A stretch of DNA of 64,000 nucleotides. It comes from Phallusia mammillata. Lineage: Eukaryota. The DNA is taken from positions 25,048,001-25,112,000 of the forward strand of contig OZ281495.1 in NCBI GenBank assembly GCA_965637545.1. The letters are read 5' to 3'. A program made the position numbers and the translations under genes. Positions 50,906 through 64,000 of the stretch are shown piece by piece. The notes under the pieces are model-generated. The model searched no databases and was not told the origin of the DNA. It saw only the letters and a list, made by a program, of their open reading frames with translations. Positions within the stretch are counted from its first letter, which is position 1. Each line of letters starts with the position of its first letter.

Positions 50906-53900
50906 CTGAAACATAAAGCGAAACAAGGTTAAACAAAAAACTTCGGACCCACCCATCAGGGTCTTCGTTTCGTCATGGGAACATACGTCCAAATTGTGTC
51001 GTAACATTAATCGCCTCGTGTTTTCGTGGCAAACAAAAACATGGCTGGCGTGTTGGGGTGTTTGCTTCAAGCACGGCCAGTCGTGCGTTTCCAAACTATC
51101 AATTGCTCGGCCATGTATATTTTGACGGACGATTTCAAAGAGAGCATGCGTAAGCGAAGGTCATCGAAACAGTTTCGTTTTAGACTCGATTTGTAGCTGA
51201 CGGCAAAAGCGCTTTGATAACAGCGAACCTTTGCCAAAATACAGCACCACTGGGTACGTAGCTAATCTATAGCGTTTTTGTGCGGTTCAGCTTTAATAGA
51301 CACTTGCCTGAGGAGCCAAACGGTAATACAGCATCATGGCCAATCATAATAAAACTCTCAAGAGTTACATTTACGATCCGACTCTCGTCGGCAATTAAAC
51401 GTCTTGGCATTCTGAGCACATGCCGCGGTGACCTTCCGTTGCTACTCCCACGCAAAAACCTAATTGTACATTGGTAAATATCGACGCTGTTTATCAGGTT
51501 TCATGATCAAAAATTGCGATACGTGTTTGCAAGCTAGAGGAGAATTTACATATTGCGTGAAGTGTAACCTTTAGTTCGGCATACAAAAACGTATGCAATG
51601 CAAACTTTAGCACGAAAACTACCTGAAAGTATGCATATAAATCGCCCCAATTTAAAAATATACTGTGCCTATAAGTGAATTTCTAAAAAACTTTTACTCA
51701 AACAAACACAATTGGATTATGTAAGAGGAATATCTATTGCGCATTTTTTGTATTCTACTTCTTATTTTCATGATGAATAAGAAACCCTTCTACTGAACAA
51801 ATACTTTCACATTCCGTGTTTTTACCGAAAAACCTAATGGATTTTTTAACAGAACGCGAAAAAAACTTCAAAGGCAAATAGCGATGCTGGGAAAGGGTGC
51901 AACGCGACAAAATGCGTGCATAATGTAACTTATAAAGCGACGCTTCACCCAAGCAAATCCAAATGACAGTCGTCGCCGGGCAAAAAACATTTGGCGAAAC
52001 GTTAAACAAGGCCACACCGGCGAAACAATGCGTGTCATTATGACTTTGGGCGTTGATGTGCTTTCAACTCATGCTGTTCATCAAAGCCGGCACTTAGTTC
52101 AACGCCGTAAACAACAATCCAACACCGCCGCATTCGTTTCGGTTTTGACAAAATATGTCGCGTGACCACCTTTGAAGGCCGCCTGGAGTGCAGCTGTGAG
52201 ACCCAGCATAAAACACTGGTGATGTAAAAACGTCATCGTGGTCACATGTGATCTTTCCAGTCACTTTAACTTAAATTCCGTTACTGTGGTCCAATAATTT
52301 TCAGCCAAAGGGCATTTAATGAAAATGGTGCGCCGCTAATATGTATTACGTCCCACACATAATGGACATTAACTGAAGAATTCTCAAAAACAAAGATTAG
52401 GCCATTGAAGAAGCATTAAACTGCAAAACCAGTTGACAGTAGCACCCACCACAGCTTTTCCATTTTCAAGCATTATTATAATCTTCTTTGACACTTTTCA
52501 CAAAGTATCTCATTGGTTTTCTGACTGAAACACGCAATACGAAGACTAAATTCCAAATATACCACACCAAAAACCCGCCCAAACCAGTTACACCTTTGTT
52601 AGCTATCTGCTGCTAATCACATAAAATGCAATTCGTTCACGTGTTTTTCTGCCCTTCAGCGCTTACCTGCATTTACCTGCTATGTGCGCCAAATCAGCCC
52701 AACGTGTAGGTAAATGCAGGTAACAGCCCTGTAGACTTCTTTTATTGTCAAGGTTATGTCTTGTCGCTTATATAGCGCCATTTTGAATATGCGACGCACC
52801 ATTTTGTTTTGCCTAATGGTTTACATAAATTTCGTTTTAACGAGTTCGACCGGCAAAAAGTTGGTAATTTGCAGCAGGGTGATTACTCCCCCAACATTTG
52901 TTGAGCTACCAACGGTATTTTGCCAAACGCGCCGTTTCAAGATGGATTTTACGAGCGATCAGTCTTCAAATATTTTCGCCAATCATATAGAATAGTTTTG
53001 GGCAAAGAATAACAATCGCCGCCTGTACGTCATCGCTCAACTTGCAACGACGTGAACGGGAACCGGGTCTGGGGCCTGGGCAATTACAACTGTCTGTTAA
53101 CGAGGGGCAAGAAGCAAATCTCCCCAACTGTCAGCACGCGGCGGTCGGGACGAGTTGGCCCCACTTAAAACGAACAAGCGATTCGTCTTCGACGCAACAA
53201 GCCCAGAGCGAAAGACGAAACGGCTTTGGCGAGTTGTTGGGCGCACAGAAATTCGGATTATCACTGAACTGAATCGCCAGCGACAAGGCCCCTTCTGCTG
53301 TTTCGCTGCCCTGTACTCGCTCATGCAACAAGTTCCTCGCATCGTAGCCACTGTGCGCTTTGTAGATGCCTCGGCTGTGAAACAGTATATAGGAGCTGTA
53401 ATGTTAACGACCCAAAAGCTTAATTGCTCTGTACACCTTTTGAGAGCATCTTAACTTCACTGTTAAACGCTAAACCGTCAACAAACCATTAAAACAAAGT
53501 ATTTTTTTTCTGTGATAATACTGAACAATCCAATCCTAAAACCATTGCAAATGCAAACTATTCGTCTCATTAACTTGAAACCATTAACTAAGTATTTGAC
53601 GCTGTGGTGGGGTTTGGGGTTAACCTCGTCCTGTAACGCAACAAGTGTTCTGTCGACCACCAAGCCCACCGCGGCAAAAACAAACCAATTAACCCATGAG
53701 ATCAAATAGTATGACGAATCACCCCAAACTTTGTGAGTCAGCAGGTAAAACAACACCCTATGTGAAACCGTGGGGTTTGCAATATCATTCTGACCGCCAA
53801 CAGCGAGTAAATTGCGACTCCAGCATTCCTAAACTTAACTTTCCCACATCCCTGCACCAGGAACAGCAATGGGAAACTGATTGATTAATTGCGACAGAAA

Positions 53901-56900
53901 TCTCGCGGCTTCTGTTTCGGGATCGCGCGTACTAGTTGGTGTCGCTATTTCGGCACAATTTGCTTCCTATTGCTTCCGTTTATATCGGGGTTAATCTTAC
54001 CGCAGTGCGCATTGGACAAGTGACAACATTTTATGGAATGCTGATATCGGAGTGATTTAAAATGGAACAAAGAAATTTAGATTGATCGATTGATCACATC
54101 TTGTACTCAGCACTCCAATCTGTGTCAAAAAAAATATTTCTATCATTTTCACTCTGTATCAGTTTTTTTGTTTACAAAACATGTGTATCAGTTGTTATGT
54201 AAATCCACATGTTTACAGTTTATGACATGCATTACAATTACATTTTGGTATGATTCTACTTCCGCAGTGCTTTTATATCGTATAAACATTATGAAACAAA
54301 CCGTTCCAAACCCACTACCAAGCAGCCTACAAAAATAACAATTAACGGCCAGTAACATACTTTAAATCTTAGGCAAACCTGCGTGAACCGATAATGGCGC
54401 GGCACAGAAGCTGGACAGTGGTAGGTAAACAGGTTATTCAGACGGTAATAACTTCTGCAAACCGCTGACTGTGATTAACAGTCGAGAAATGCCATCATCC
54501 ATCCGCGCCAGTGTCGAATTTCTGCGGTAGACCGACTCATAAGCCGATGCGACAAGCGCTGAGACAAAACTTGCCATGCCTGGTTAAGATTCACATTCGC
54601 TATCAACGGATTCTCGCCAAAAATGGTGTTTCTCAGAACAAGGTGGGTCACCAAGGGGTAAAGGTGTCCATGCCGTTCAGCGAATTTCTCTTTTGCCTAA
54701 TGTCCTTTATATTGCGACCTTGCGTTTTTTTTAAGTGGGCTTGTTTGTCATTAAACAGTTACTTGTCGCTACCCAGGTACAATAACTGCAATATTGAAAA
54801 AGTAGGGAATTTTTAAGCCCCTGTTGTAAGTGTCATCACAAAATTACATTGCGGTTCCGGCTGGAGGTCAAAGGTGACCCCAACGAAACCCCCGACCGAT
54901 GTTCCGTGCTTGAGATAACGCGAACCCTGATTCGACCCTTGACCGCTCTCGAGAAGCAGGAAGTTTTGGTGTGAGAAAATATGTAGTAGCAATTTCAGCT
55001 TTTCAAGCAGTGTTATATTGTTTTTCATGATTGCATTCACTGTATTGTTAAATAGAATGGCGGCATTTGCGGTTCTTCAGTCTGACGGGGTTATTTCTTA
55101 GCGCATAGTGGATAATGTGTATTAAGTCAAATCATTGACTATGTAGTCATGTAATTTTCATTACATCGTAATAAATTTTGAAATAAACGTTTTGTTACCT
55201 AAAATTTAATAAAGTTAACAAGAGGTAAAACGATAGAGAGATCACCTTTTTTCACTGTGTCCGGAAACACCGACCTATGGCACTAAAAATCTCGAATCAG
55301 CTCATGAAAATCGATCTATACCGAAACAATTGCATCGATACCCAGTGGCTGTTTGCAACGTCGCTACACCACCCTTTGTTAGATATTGTGACCAAACAGT
55401 TATTTCGTAATTGTGCGCGCGGGCTATTGTTACCTCACAATCGCAGGTTTGTTTGGTAACAGGCGGATTCATGCACCGATGCATTCGTGGGCCGTGGGCC
55501 CAAGCCACCGAAGATCATAAAACTTGATGCCGCTGAAATATGGAGCTATCGTTTATTGTCGACGATAGGACTGGCTATTGTGTAAAGGCTCTACTAAAAT
55601 TAATTGCGCAGATTCCTGGTTCGGTGTCAGGTGGCCACAGGAGAACATGTGAACATAAACCATACTTGATGGCACCATATATCAATGGTTGTGGATTTAG
55701 GTTCCGTGCACAAAACGCTTCGGTTTATTTTCGTGCATAACAAATATTCGCATTGTGTCATTCCGAGGTGATTGTGGCCTGTTGACCTTTACATACATCG
55801 AGATATGCTGTTTTACAACGTTTGATTTTCATACACTGCCATGATTAACTATAGAGCGAACAAGCTGATTTTAAGTGCGTCATAACTCGGTTTTGTGACG
55901 TCAGTGAGCTCCTTGCTTCGTCGAAAACAGGTTGTATTGAGCATTGCAAAACAAAAAATCGGCCTAAATCCTTACCTTTTTTCTGAACCACGCCGAAAAT
56001 ATTGCGTAAGAATTTCTTCACTAAGGCACTTTTATCTTTATCATCGAAACATTTTAGTTTGTGGACAGGGGGGTATGTTTTCACCCAAAATATGCGAGCT
56101 CGGCCCTGGGCAGCCCGCGTCCGTCATCGCACCCAGTAATTGCCCGCGGCTTATAACGTGCCTGTCCGGCTCACGTAAACAGGGGCATCGTCGGCCAGGT
56201 GTGACGGCTTAAAATTGCCCCCTGACCCAAAAGAACGAAGACTCATATGATGAGCTTTTGCGCCCGACCGGAGAGTTATGAAGATGAAGAACCTGTCTAG
56301 CGATATCACCAGGCGCCGACCGGACGGGCAAGCATTCCCGGGTCGTGCAGATGCAGTCCACCGTGAATGAGCCGTATTAACTGACCACTCACCGCGCGGT
56401 TTAAGTTATTAGGTGTCAAATTAGGTGTACAGGGCGCCTGCGTCTTGCCTTACAGCCGAAAATCGCGCAACGCAAATCGCTGCCCGCATGCTTTACCCAC
56501 CCCCCACTTGAAACATAACGTGATAAGACCCAGAAAATTGCGCCGGTCTGTGTGGTGTTGCTGGATTATGAGCCATTGGGTGTGAGGTGCGCCCCAAGGT
56601 TTCTTACTTTCAACCACACGCAGCTTTAATGGGGAATTGCGCCAAAGACTAATAGATGACCTCAGGCATTCAGGCACGGTTTTTGGCGTGGCAAACTCGG
56701 AACACCCGGGCGGTTGACAGGGGAGGTTTCAAATTCTTTGGATTCATACATAAGTCCCCAAAGATGTGGCAAATACAGCATACAATATCTGCGGATTTTC
56801 ATAAAGTCTGTCCAAAGCACCTCAGGCATAAGCTAAATTATTCCGAAATTCCGCACACATATTGTTGAAAAAAGTGTTGTTTACAAAGAGTAATGCTTAT

Positions 56901-59900
56901 GATAAGATGTATTAAGGAGAGGGCGTGCTTCAGTGGTCATTGGTCAGCTCCCAGTGCGGTCACTTGCGTGTGAAGGTTCGTCAGCTTAAAATGCCGACCC
57001 TATGAGCGATGATAGCAGTCCATTGTTGCGTATCAATCCTTGTGTTTGAACAGGCTAAAATATTGCGGGCCGGAGTAGCACTGGGCAGCATGGTCCACTT
57101 TATCTTCGGTATATCTTTGCCTCTTGCCAAGGTGACCCCAATGAGACGCCCGTGGCGCGTTTGGTATTGTTTTGGCGAAACGCAGGCGCACCCATAAATC
57201 AGCAACACCCTTGAGTCTATTGGCGTTGTCCCCAAACCGGGCAGTGCCAGAACGCCTCATTTAACTTTCATTAGCAAAGATCTCAATCTGTAGTCAACAT
57301 GAGATTCTCGGTTTGCAGCCATATCGATATTTTTACGTTCATTTTCGGAAAATAACCGCCAACCGCAAAATTTGCATTTATGCGCAAACATGGCATTTCA
57401 AGTGCCGTATTATAGCGTGGTTGCATAACTAACCTTAGAAGGTGGCATGAACCGCTGACCTTCTTTCGAATGTCACAGCCGTTTTTCTCATCACAGCAGG
57501 ATACAAACAAAACGATAGTGAGGGGGCGTTAATGCCTTTAAGAGTGTGGCTTGGAATTTTTGCTCTTTGGCGAATATCGAGTTGGAAGTCGTACAAGAGA
57601 AGTCGACGGGTGTTTGCACAGCCGATCGCCAACGGACTTGTGTGCGAAAAGTGAAAGCGAATCATATACACTTCAATAATTAGCTGGGGTCACATCTTGT
57701 TAACAATGCTGCAGCGGGTGCTCGAGTACTCGCGAACATCGCATCGAGTATCGTCAACATTATCGCCGATTTCTTCGAGAGCCCATCTCTTCACAACGGT
57801 TGACGTGGCGGCACATTTGCCATGCTATTAATACGAGTGAGCGACATGCCTGTTAGCTTTCGCTGTTCAAATAACGTCGGTCTTCATACATCTACAATTG
57901 CTGGTATGAAAGTTTTCCGGCAATATGGTTAATTAGCAGCATCCACTTGGGTCCCTGGTACAAGTACCGAAACGCTGTTTTCTCAAGAGCGCTGCCGCGG
58001 ATCAGCAGAAAAATCCGGGCAGATTTCAAGTCGCGCCGGCCCATCGACTGACAGATACGTAAACACTCAAATTATTCGAGAATATGCGAGGGCGCGCGTA
58101 CCTAACTCGCAACTCGACGACCGGTTGCATTGTGACATAAGCAGGTACTTGACAAGAGGGCTTGAGTGACGTCTCAGCTGCTCACGACGTAATAAGATTT
58201 AGCCCCAAAAGTGGGTAAAGGCGCGAAAACAAACACAGGTCTCCCTTAGTTCATCCGAACCCCGGGAAGCCGACTTCAAAGCGAGAACGCTTATGAGCAT
58301 CAATATTCGATGCTAGTTACTTGACACGTTTCCGTTTGATGTTCTAAGGCGCCGCACTAATCACCCGATCCCCGCGCGGTCTTTGCTTCAGCTGGGACAC
58401 TAGTTAGTGTGTTGGGGCTTGCCGCCACGCGCTGCAAGTCAACCCCGCCGGGTCAAGAGACGCCCCAAACCACCAAAGGCCCCGTGGGTGTCGGATTCAT
58501 AACGACTCGACAGAATATGCCATGCGACAGAATTGTGCGCGTCAATGCCATGCGAACTGAGAACTGACGAGAGACTATAAACAGGAAAGAGATTTGATGT
58601 GTGAAGAACAGGTCGCAGGTGTACGTCACCCCGCGATTTCATATCATCCCTTTGTGCTTTGTCACATAACGTGATGCCATATGCGCTGAGCAATCATGCT
58701 TAACGCCAAATTGTGTTTGCCCCTGGATCTTCGGTTTCGGGGTTTCGAATGCCACAGTGCCAAGTATAAACGTTTGCGTGTAGTTAATATGATAGCCGAA
58801 AATATTTGTACCAAAAATTAAACCTTGAAGAAAATGCGAAAAAGTGCGAGAACGCACGCAAGTCTTCACGCTTCTTCAGGGATAAAAAAGGGTCGGTTGG
58901 GCCACATACCGGGAGAAATGTTGGCCGCAAACACATTTTCAATTTTCCACATCTTTCGTCGCTTGTTGGCCATATCGAAGAAATTGCTGCCCTTATCTTA
59001 CGCGGTCGATGTGTGGCCGTTGCTCTCTCCTGTCGACCCAAGTTAATGGAGGCATTCAGGCGCTTGTTTTGTCATAAACGTCATCGAAATATGGCGCCCG
59101 ATTGGCCACCGGCCTGTGCAGCGTCACAATCGCCTTGTTTATGACGTCGATTCCGATAAGGCCACATCGACATAAGGTCGACGATTTTGGTCAAAAATCA
59201 TGCCGTGCTCGCCCAAGCAATCTGTCGCTACTGTGGTAAAGCTATCACGCTATGGGCTTGCGATATGTAATCGGTGTTGGGGTGAATGTGAGAAAACGCA
59301 GAAGAGTCGTCTGTGAACGTGACAGATAGGTAACTTAAATCTTTGTGCTTCCAAAAAAGTTTCTTATAAATCAATGTACTTTTTTGAGAGTGGGAGCGAA
59401 TGTTGTGGTGAGGCAACGTATTCAATAAAGGCAATATCAAGGTTGCTTTTGAACACGCAAATGAGTTGTGGACATTGCGACCAAAAAGTCGGACCGATGA
59501 ACTCCAGGAATAGAAAAATTTTTGGTGCAAGAGATCGACTCACGATTTATTGAGCTTGTCCGATGCCGCGATAAGCGTGAAATAGCACAGAGACTCCGGG
59601 AGCTGCAAGGCTAAATCGCGCCCCTATGATAAGCATCTGTGGATTGATCGCTTATTATAATTCGTTTATAGCATGGCTGCTGACGGACATGTATCGTTGT
59701 GACTCTTTGCTTTCCAGATTCGCGCGGGTGGTCCTGAAACTCCAGCCTGGAAAGCGAGTCGCACGGGCTGATTTTGCATCGAGCGTGGGATTGTTTTGTA
59801 TTCTGAAGTATTATAGACTGAAAACAAAGCGCGACAGCTTAGTTATAGCTTGAATACGCGATATAACCACAGTCTTATTTATGACAAGGCGGCGTCGATG

Positions 59901-62900
59901 CGTCCATCTAAGCGGATGATTGCACATTTTACTGCAACTTACCCCACAATTAGCTTGTCTCGGTTATAAATACGCGCCCGCTAGCCGCGCCGACGCCTAA
60001 TGCCACAAAACACCATTAAACCGAGTCCGCTGTCAAAACTCGTCCTCAGCTTTCCACTTATATTCGTGCCATACAAGGACCTTCACATATGCGCGAGGCC
60101 CAAAAGTCACCATAGCTGTGCAATGAAAACACAGGGCCAACACGGCGTGACTAAAACAAGGCGATCTCGATTATTAATCCCGCCCCAACAACCTTTCCGC
60201 TTCCCGTGTTGTGTTTTGCACTCGCCAAGTTCAGTCGAGCGTAGCGGATCACGTGCTTTGATGGCATTGCCATTAGCGCTGGCCTCAATAATAGTCCTAA
60301 AGTCGTATCAACACCCGTTATTCTCTCATCGAATTTTTATTGTCTAGTGCCTGAACAACATGCGCTGTGCCCAATGCTAAATTGTATTTCAATTGCGGGT
60401 TTCGGTTTTGCCTCGGAGTTCAGCAATAGGAGTGGATCGTACAACTGACGGTCGAGTTAACTTGCGTTTTTACTCTTAAACAAATTGCCCATCTTGTAAG
60501 CGGCATCCACTTGCGCCGTTACAAACATTCAGCACGAAGCAAAACACAACATTAACTTAAAATACATTTTCAAATGTTGAAACTTGCTTCACACAAGCGC
60601 AACGCGTTCGTAAAAAATAAAGCTTTCGCTTTCCGTTCGATGTACCGACTAATAGGCCACTGTTGTGGGTGAGGTGGATTTGGGGGGCAAGGTCATAGAC
60701 CCAAACAGTGACACAATTACTTACAAATCAAAACACAAAGGAATCCCATAAATTTCTACTTGTCAGATAGATTAGAATGGAAACACGAATGGCATCAAAG
60801 CTGTTATGCTTAAGTTAATCCAACACAAACTGACATTAGCCAATACTTTTATTCCCAATTAACCATAAAATACACTCATTGCCTCTTTACATATTCTCGG
60901 AATACATCGCAGCCGCCACGTGGTGTTGATACGACGTATATGCCTTTCAGTGGGGCGAAACAAAACCCCTCGTCGTAGCGAACCACATGAAAGGTGGGAG
61001 CGCCACGCACAAGTGGATACGAAACGATCCCTAACGTTGCAGATGCGAGAGGCGCGCGCCAATTATACATTTGGCAAACGAATTTGTTTTTGTCACGGCG
61101 GTCGACAGGCGTTTGGGTGGTGATCAATCGGCGTTGCTGATGTTTAATATCGTTAACGGGTGCTTACGTGCCCCGAAAATCTCGAATCATGGCGTGGGGG
61201 CGACTGAAATGTTGTCATTTGCAAACTTAGACGGACCGAGCATCCTTTACGGCTTCGTGTTTCATATGCCATGATTGCCTGTCATATGCTTTGTATATTT
61301 CATGGGAGAATAGATGCGACTGAATGGACGACCGGCGCAGTACATTGAAAGCCACTGAAAGGGATTTCCGACACTGCGTTATGATACGAAAGCACTCATT
61401 TGCGTCATCAAACTACGAATTGGGTGTGGGGCTGATGTTTGCACGATGTACAGTAAGCCCTATGTTAAATGTTTCGGTTGAATTTTTGTTGCTCATTAAC
61501 ACACTTCACTAGTATAAGTTACTTGTCGGCGCAGTATTTTTACGGTGCAGATGTGCGAAAAAAGTGTGTATTGTCATAAACGCAAGCAGAATTTTAACCA
61601 TAAACGACCCCCAAACCTCTACATAACAAGATATTTGTGTGTTAAACAGATGGTAGCTAAAGGAAGCCCGTACGTTATATTGCAACGTATTGCCGCTGCC
61701 CTGGTCACCTCAAACAAATTGCCAGGCCAATGTCCTGATCCCGAGTTATAGCAACATAAGGCGGTGCTTTAACCGGGTCCGTCCCAAGCAACGCTCGACT
61801 CCGGGCCTAATCACAACTTTCCGAGTGTATTCCCACACTCGCTGCCGACCAAAGGGAAACCCAAAGCGCCGGTCGAAACCGGGATCAATTTACAGCCAAT
61901 AACCCGCTGCCACACATCACATATATGAGTGTGCAGTTATAATTGCTCGCGACGAAAACAAAGTGATAATGTCAAACGTCCGAACGTGATAGTTCAATTG
62001 CTACAAGCGAACGCTGCCGCCTGGCAATTATCCGCCGGACGAACTGGCTAAACACCAGAGCTGCGCGGTCGCACTACCAGGGCGCTTGATGTCAGGCAAT
62101 AAATAAATCGCTCATCGCTTGCCTGGCGAAATATTCACGCGTTAGTTGACCTTCCGCAAGCTCGCAATCTGTGGCGTGGAGCAGATTATTATTGCGGTAT
62201 AAATCATATACAGACCGCACCGCAGCGACTGTTTCAGCGACAACACAATCGTCGGCATGTTAGCACACAATCGCCGAACGTCGCGTTTGCTCGCGAAATT
62301 AGCAATAACACTCTGGGAGGCGAGCGAGCACAGCCGGATATGTTATGATTTCCTATGATCCCGCGTTGTGTGCAAAACAAAAACGCCCCGATGCATTGGA
62401 TATTATAAGGCGTTTCCTATTGCGAGTGGTCAGCGGCCGCAATCAGTGAGTTCCCAGAGCCTGCGGAACAACGGTCCCTGCATGTGCGTATACGCAGGAG
62501 CGCGGCCTATAAACACTGAATTTTGGGCACTGATCGCCGACGATGACATTTCTATGCGCAATCAATGTGCGATTGTTAACCTTTGCGAGGAAATAATGCG
62601 CGACCGCTTTACCTTGGCTACTGGTGTCAACGCGCTAATAATAATACCTGTCTCCGCGCCCCGGGAGCCAATCAAGTCGCACCTTGACGTTGAACGATTC
62701 CAACGAGTCAGGGCAAACGAAGACAAACAGAGTTGACCTGGTGCTTAATTTGTACTTTGTTGTTGCGCGTCATGAAACGGCCAGTTTTAAAGTGCAAATC
62801 TAGTTGGCCCAGTTGCTGATGATTTTTCCCATCCGCTGTCTGTGCAAACATGTGGATTTGGTCAGCGCCCTTTGGTCAACTTTGCATGAGTGATTCACGC

Positions 62901-64000
62901 GTAGTTGACGGTACGTACTTAGGGAAATTAAGGTCGTTGGTTTATTAGTCTGCAAAGAACCGCGATTGGCTGCAGCAAGCTTTATTTGGATGAACCTCAA
63001 ACGAAACAACCTGGTATTGTCGTAAAAACTTCTCATCGGGATTACTTCGCAAAGGATTCATTGCAACACAAATACAAGAATTGCTTTATGTCACAACGAG
63101 GCGACCTAGTGAAAAACGCACAACCTGATGTAGCATCACGACTGAAACATAATATTCGGACAATCAAGTGTATAAGATCACGAAATGCTTAAGCCTCAAT
63201 AAAGCTACTGTTAAAATTTACCGACAAATTATATATTAGAAATTTTTACAGTCATCATACTCATCAATTTCTGTTAACCATTACAGCCTCATGAAGGGGG
63301 AGCTCCTAAACCTTTTACACCCCTGGCTTAACCCCAAATCCACTTAACGCATCGAATACAGTCGCAAAAACGACCGCAATTAGGCGACATTAAATTCGTG
63401 GATCGCTGACATAGTCAGGTAACGATGTGAGAATGGGTCACCGCCCTTGCGTGACATCAATACTCCCTACTGCCATCATCAATAAAAATGGCCGCTCATG
63501 CTCAGCCAATCGCTTATGTGCGACGACAAGTCAGTAAAACTCAAAGAGATCGGCAGACCCTGGGTGAAGTGGTCGCAGGCGCGACATGGTGTTAAGTTGC
63601 TTCGTCGAATGATAACCGTTATCATAATTGAATAGGCCCCGGTGTCGGATTGCTGTTGGGTGATCACGATAATACACTCCATCGATTAAATCCGACCGCA
63701 TAGCGCTGTCTAGGGGCATCTATTAGGCACGTGGCTGTCCCCTAAAGTATTGGTCGCGTTCTGCTGGAGATCGGATAAATTCCTCACCGTTGGCTAAGGC
63801 TGGGCTAAATGCATAAAAAGCAATATAGAGCCTGTCGGTTTATGGCAAACTGCGCTGCACGTTTTTCATAATAACTACACACCGAGGGTCCCAGGCGTAC
63901 CAGGTTTCAATGCTGAATGGCTCGCGACGGATTCGGTTACAGGTTTACCCGAATCTCGGTGCTCCCTCTCACTCGATTTCACCGCAAGGCGCATGGGGGC
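50906..64000 (-). promoter_or_regulatory. Probable long first intron / cis-regulatory domain of SALL
   Basis: No credible ORF and no recognisable transposon in 13 kb; CpG-rich; lies 5' of a phase-1 acceptor; contains recurrent TF-like motifs. Confidence 0.65.
52663..52723. other. ~22-bp-stem hairpin (inverted repeat)
   Basis: TTACCTGCATTTACCTGC ... GTAGGTAAATGCAGGTAA: 17/18 Watson-Crick pairs plus one G-U on the + strand. Confidence 0.8.

Noticed and set aside
63531-63587. Minus-strand MSR... start as SALL exon 1
   Set aside because: Reads MSRLRPLHPG, not MSRRKQxKP, and ends in a stop without a suitable donor.
51000-64000. Numerous 60-120 aa ORFs
   Set aside because: No recognisable domains or coherent exon chains; expected by chance at this GC content.

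Overview
Eukaryotic, AT-rich genomic DNA with many short (~50-100 nt) GT-AG introns, most consistent with a tunicate (ascidian); the species assignment is inference. From left to right: (1) the 5' part of a minus-strand caldesmon-like gene running off the left edge; (2) an intronless SNAPC2/SNAP45-like gene; (3) an intact 11-exon FTCD gene only 186 bp further on, possibly an operon; (4) a tandem array of six 6-exon atypical class A GPCR genes (13.5-43.8 kb), one of them a probable pseudogene, densely interspersed with often nested MITEs and SINEs; (5) a minus-strand spalt/SALL zinc-finger gene whose first exon appears to lie beyond the window, leaving >13 kb of CpG-rich, apparently transposon-free sequence (probable intron 1). 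The best candidate for an undescribed system is the GPCR family. It has a C-x7-C-x7-C-x2-C extracellular module, QRL and NVxxY in place of DRY and NPxxY, and no TM3-ECL2 disulfide. It splits into two subtypes: one with a covarying N-terminal/ECL3 cysteine pair, the other with a long mucin-like stalk. Other notable items are a Penelope-type hammerhead ribozyme core in an FTCD intron, a 2.4-kb element with minisatellite TIRs and nested MITEs, and a pre-miRNA-like hairpin plus motif clusters in the SALL intron. All assignments are by eye; no searches were run.
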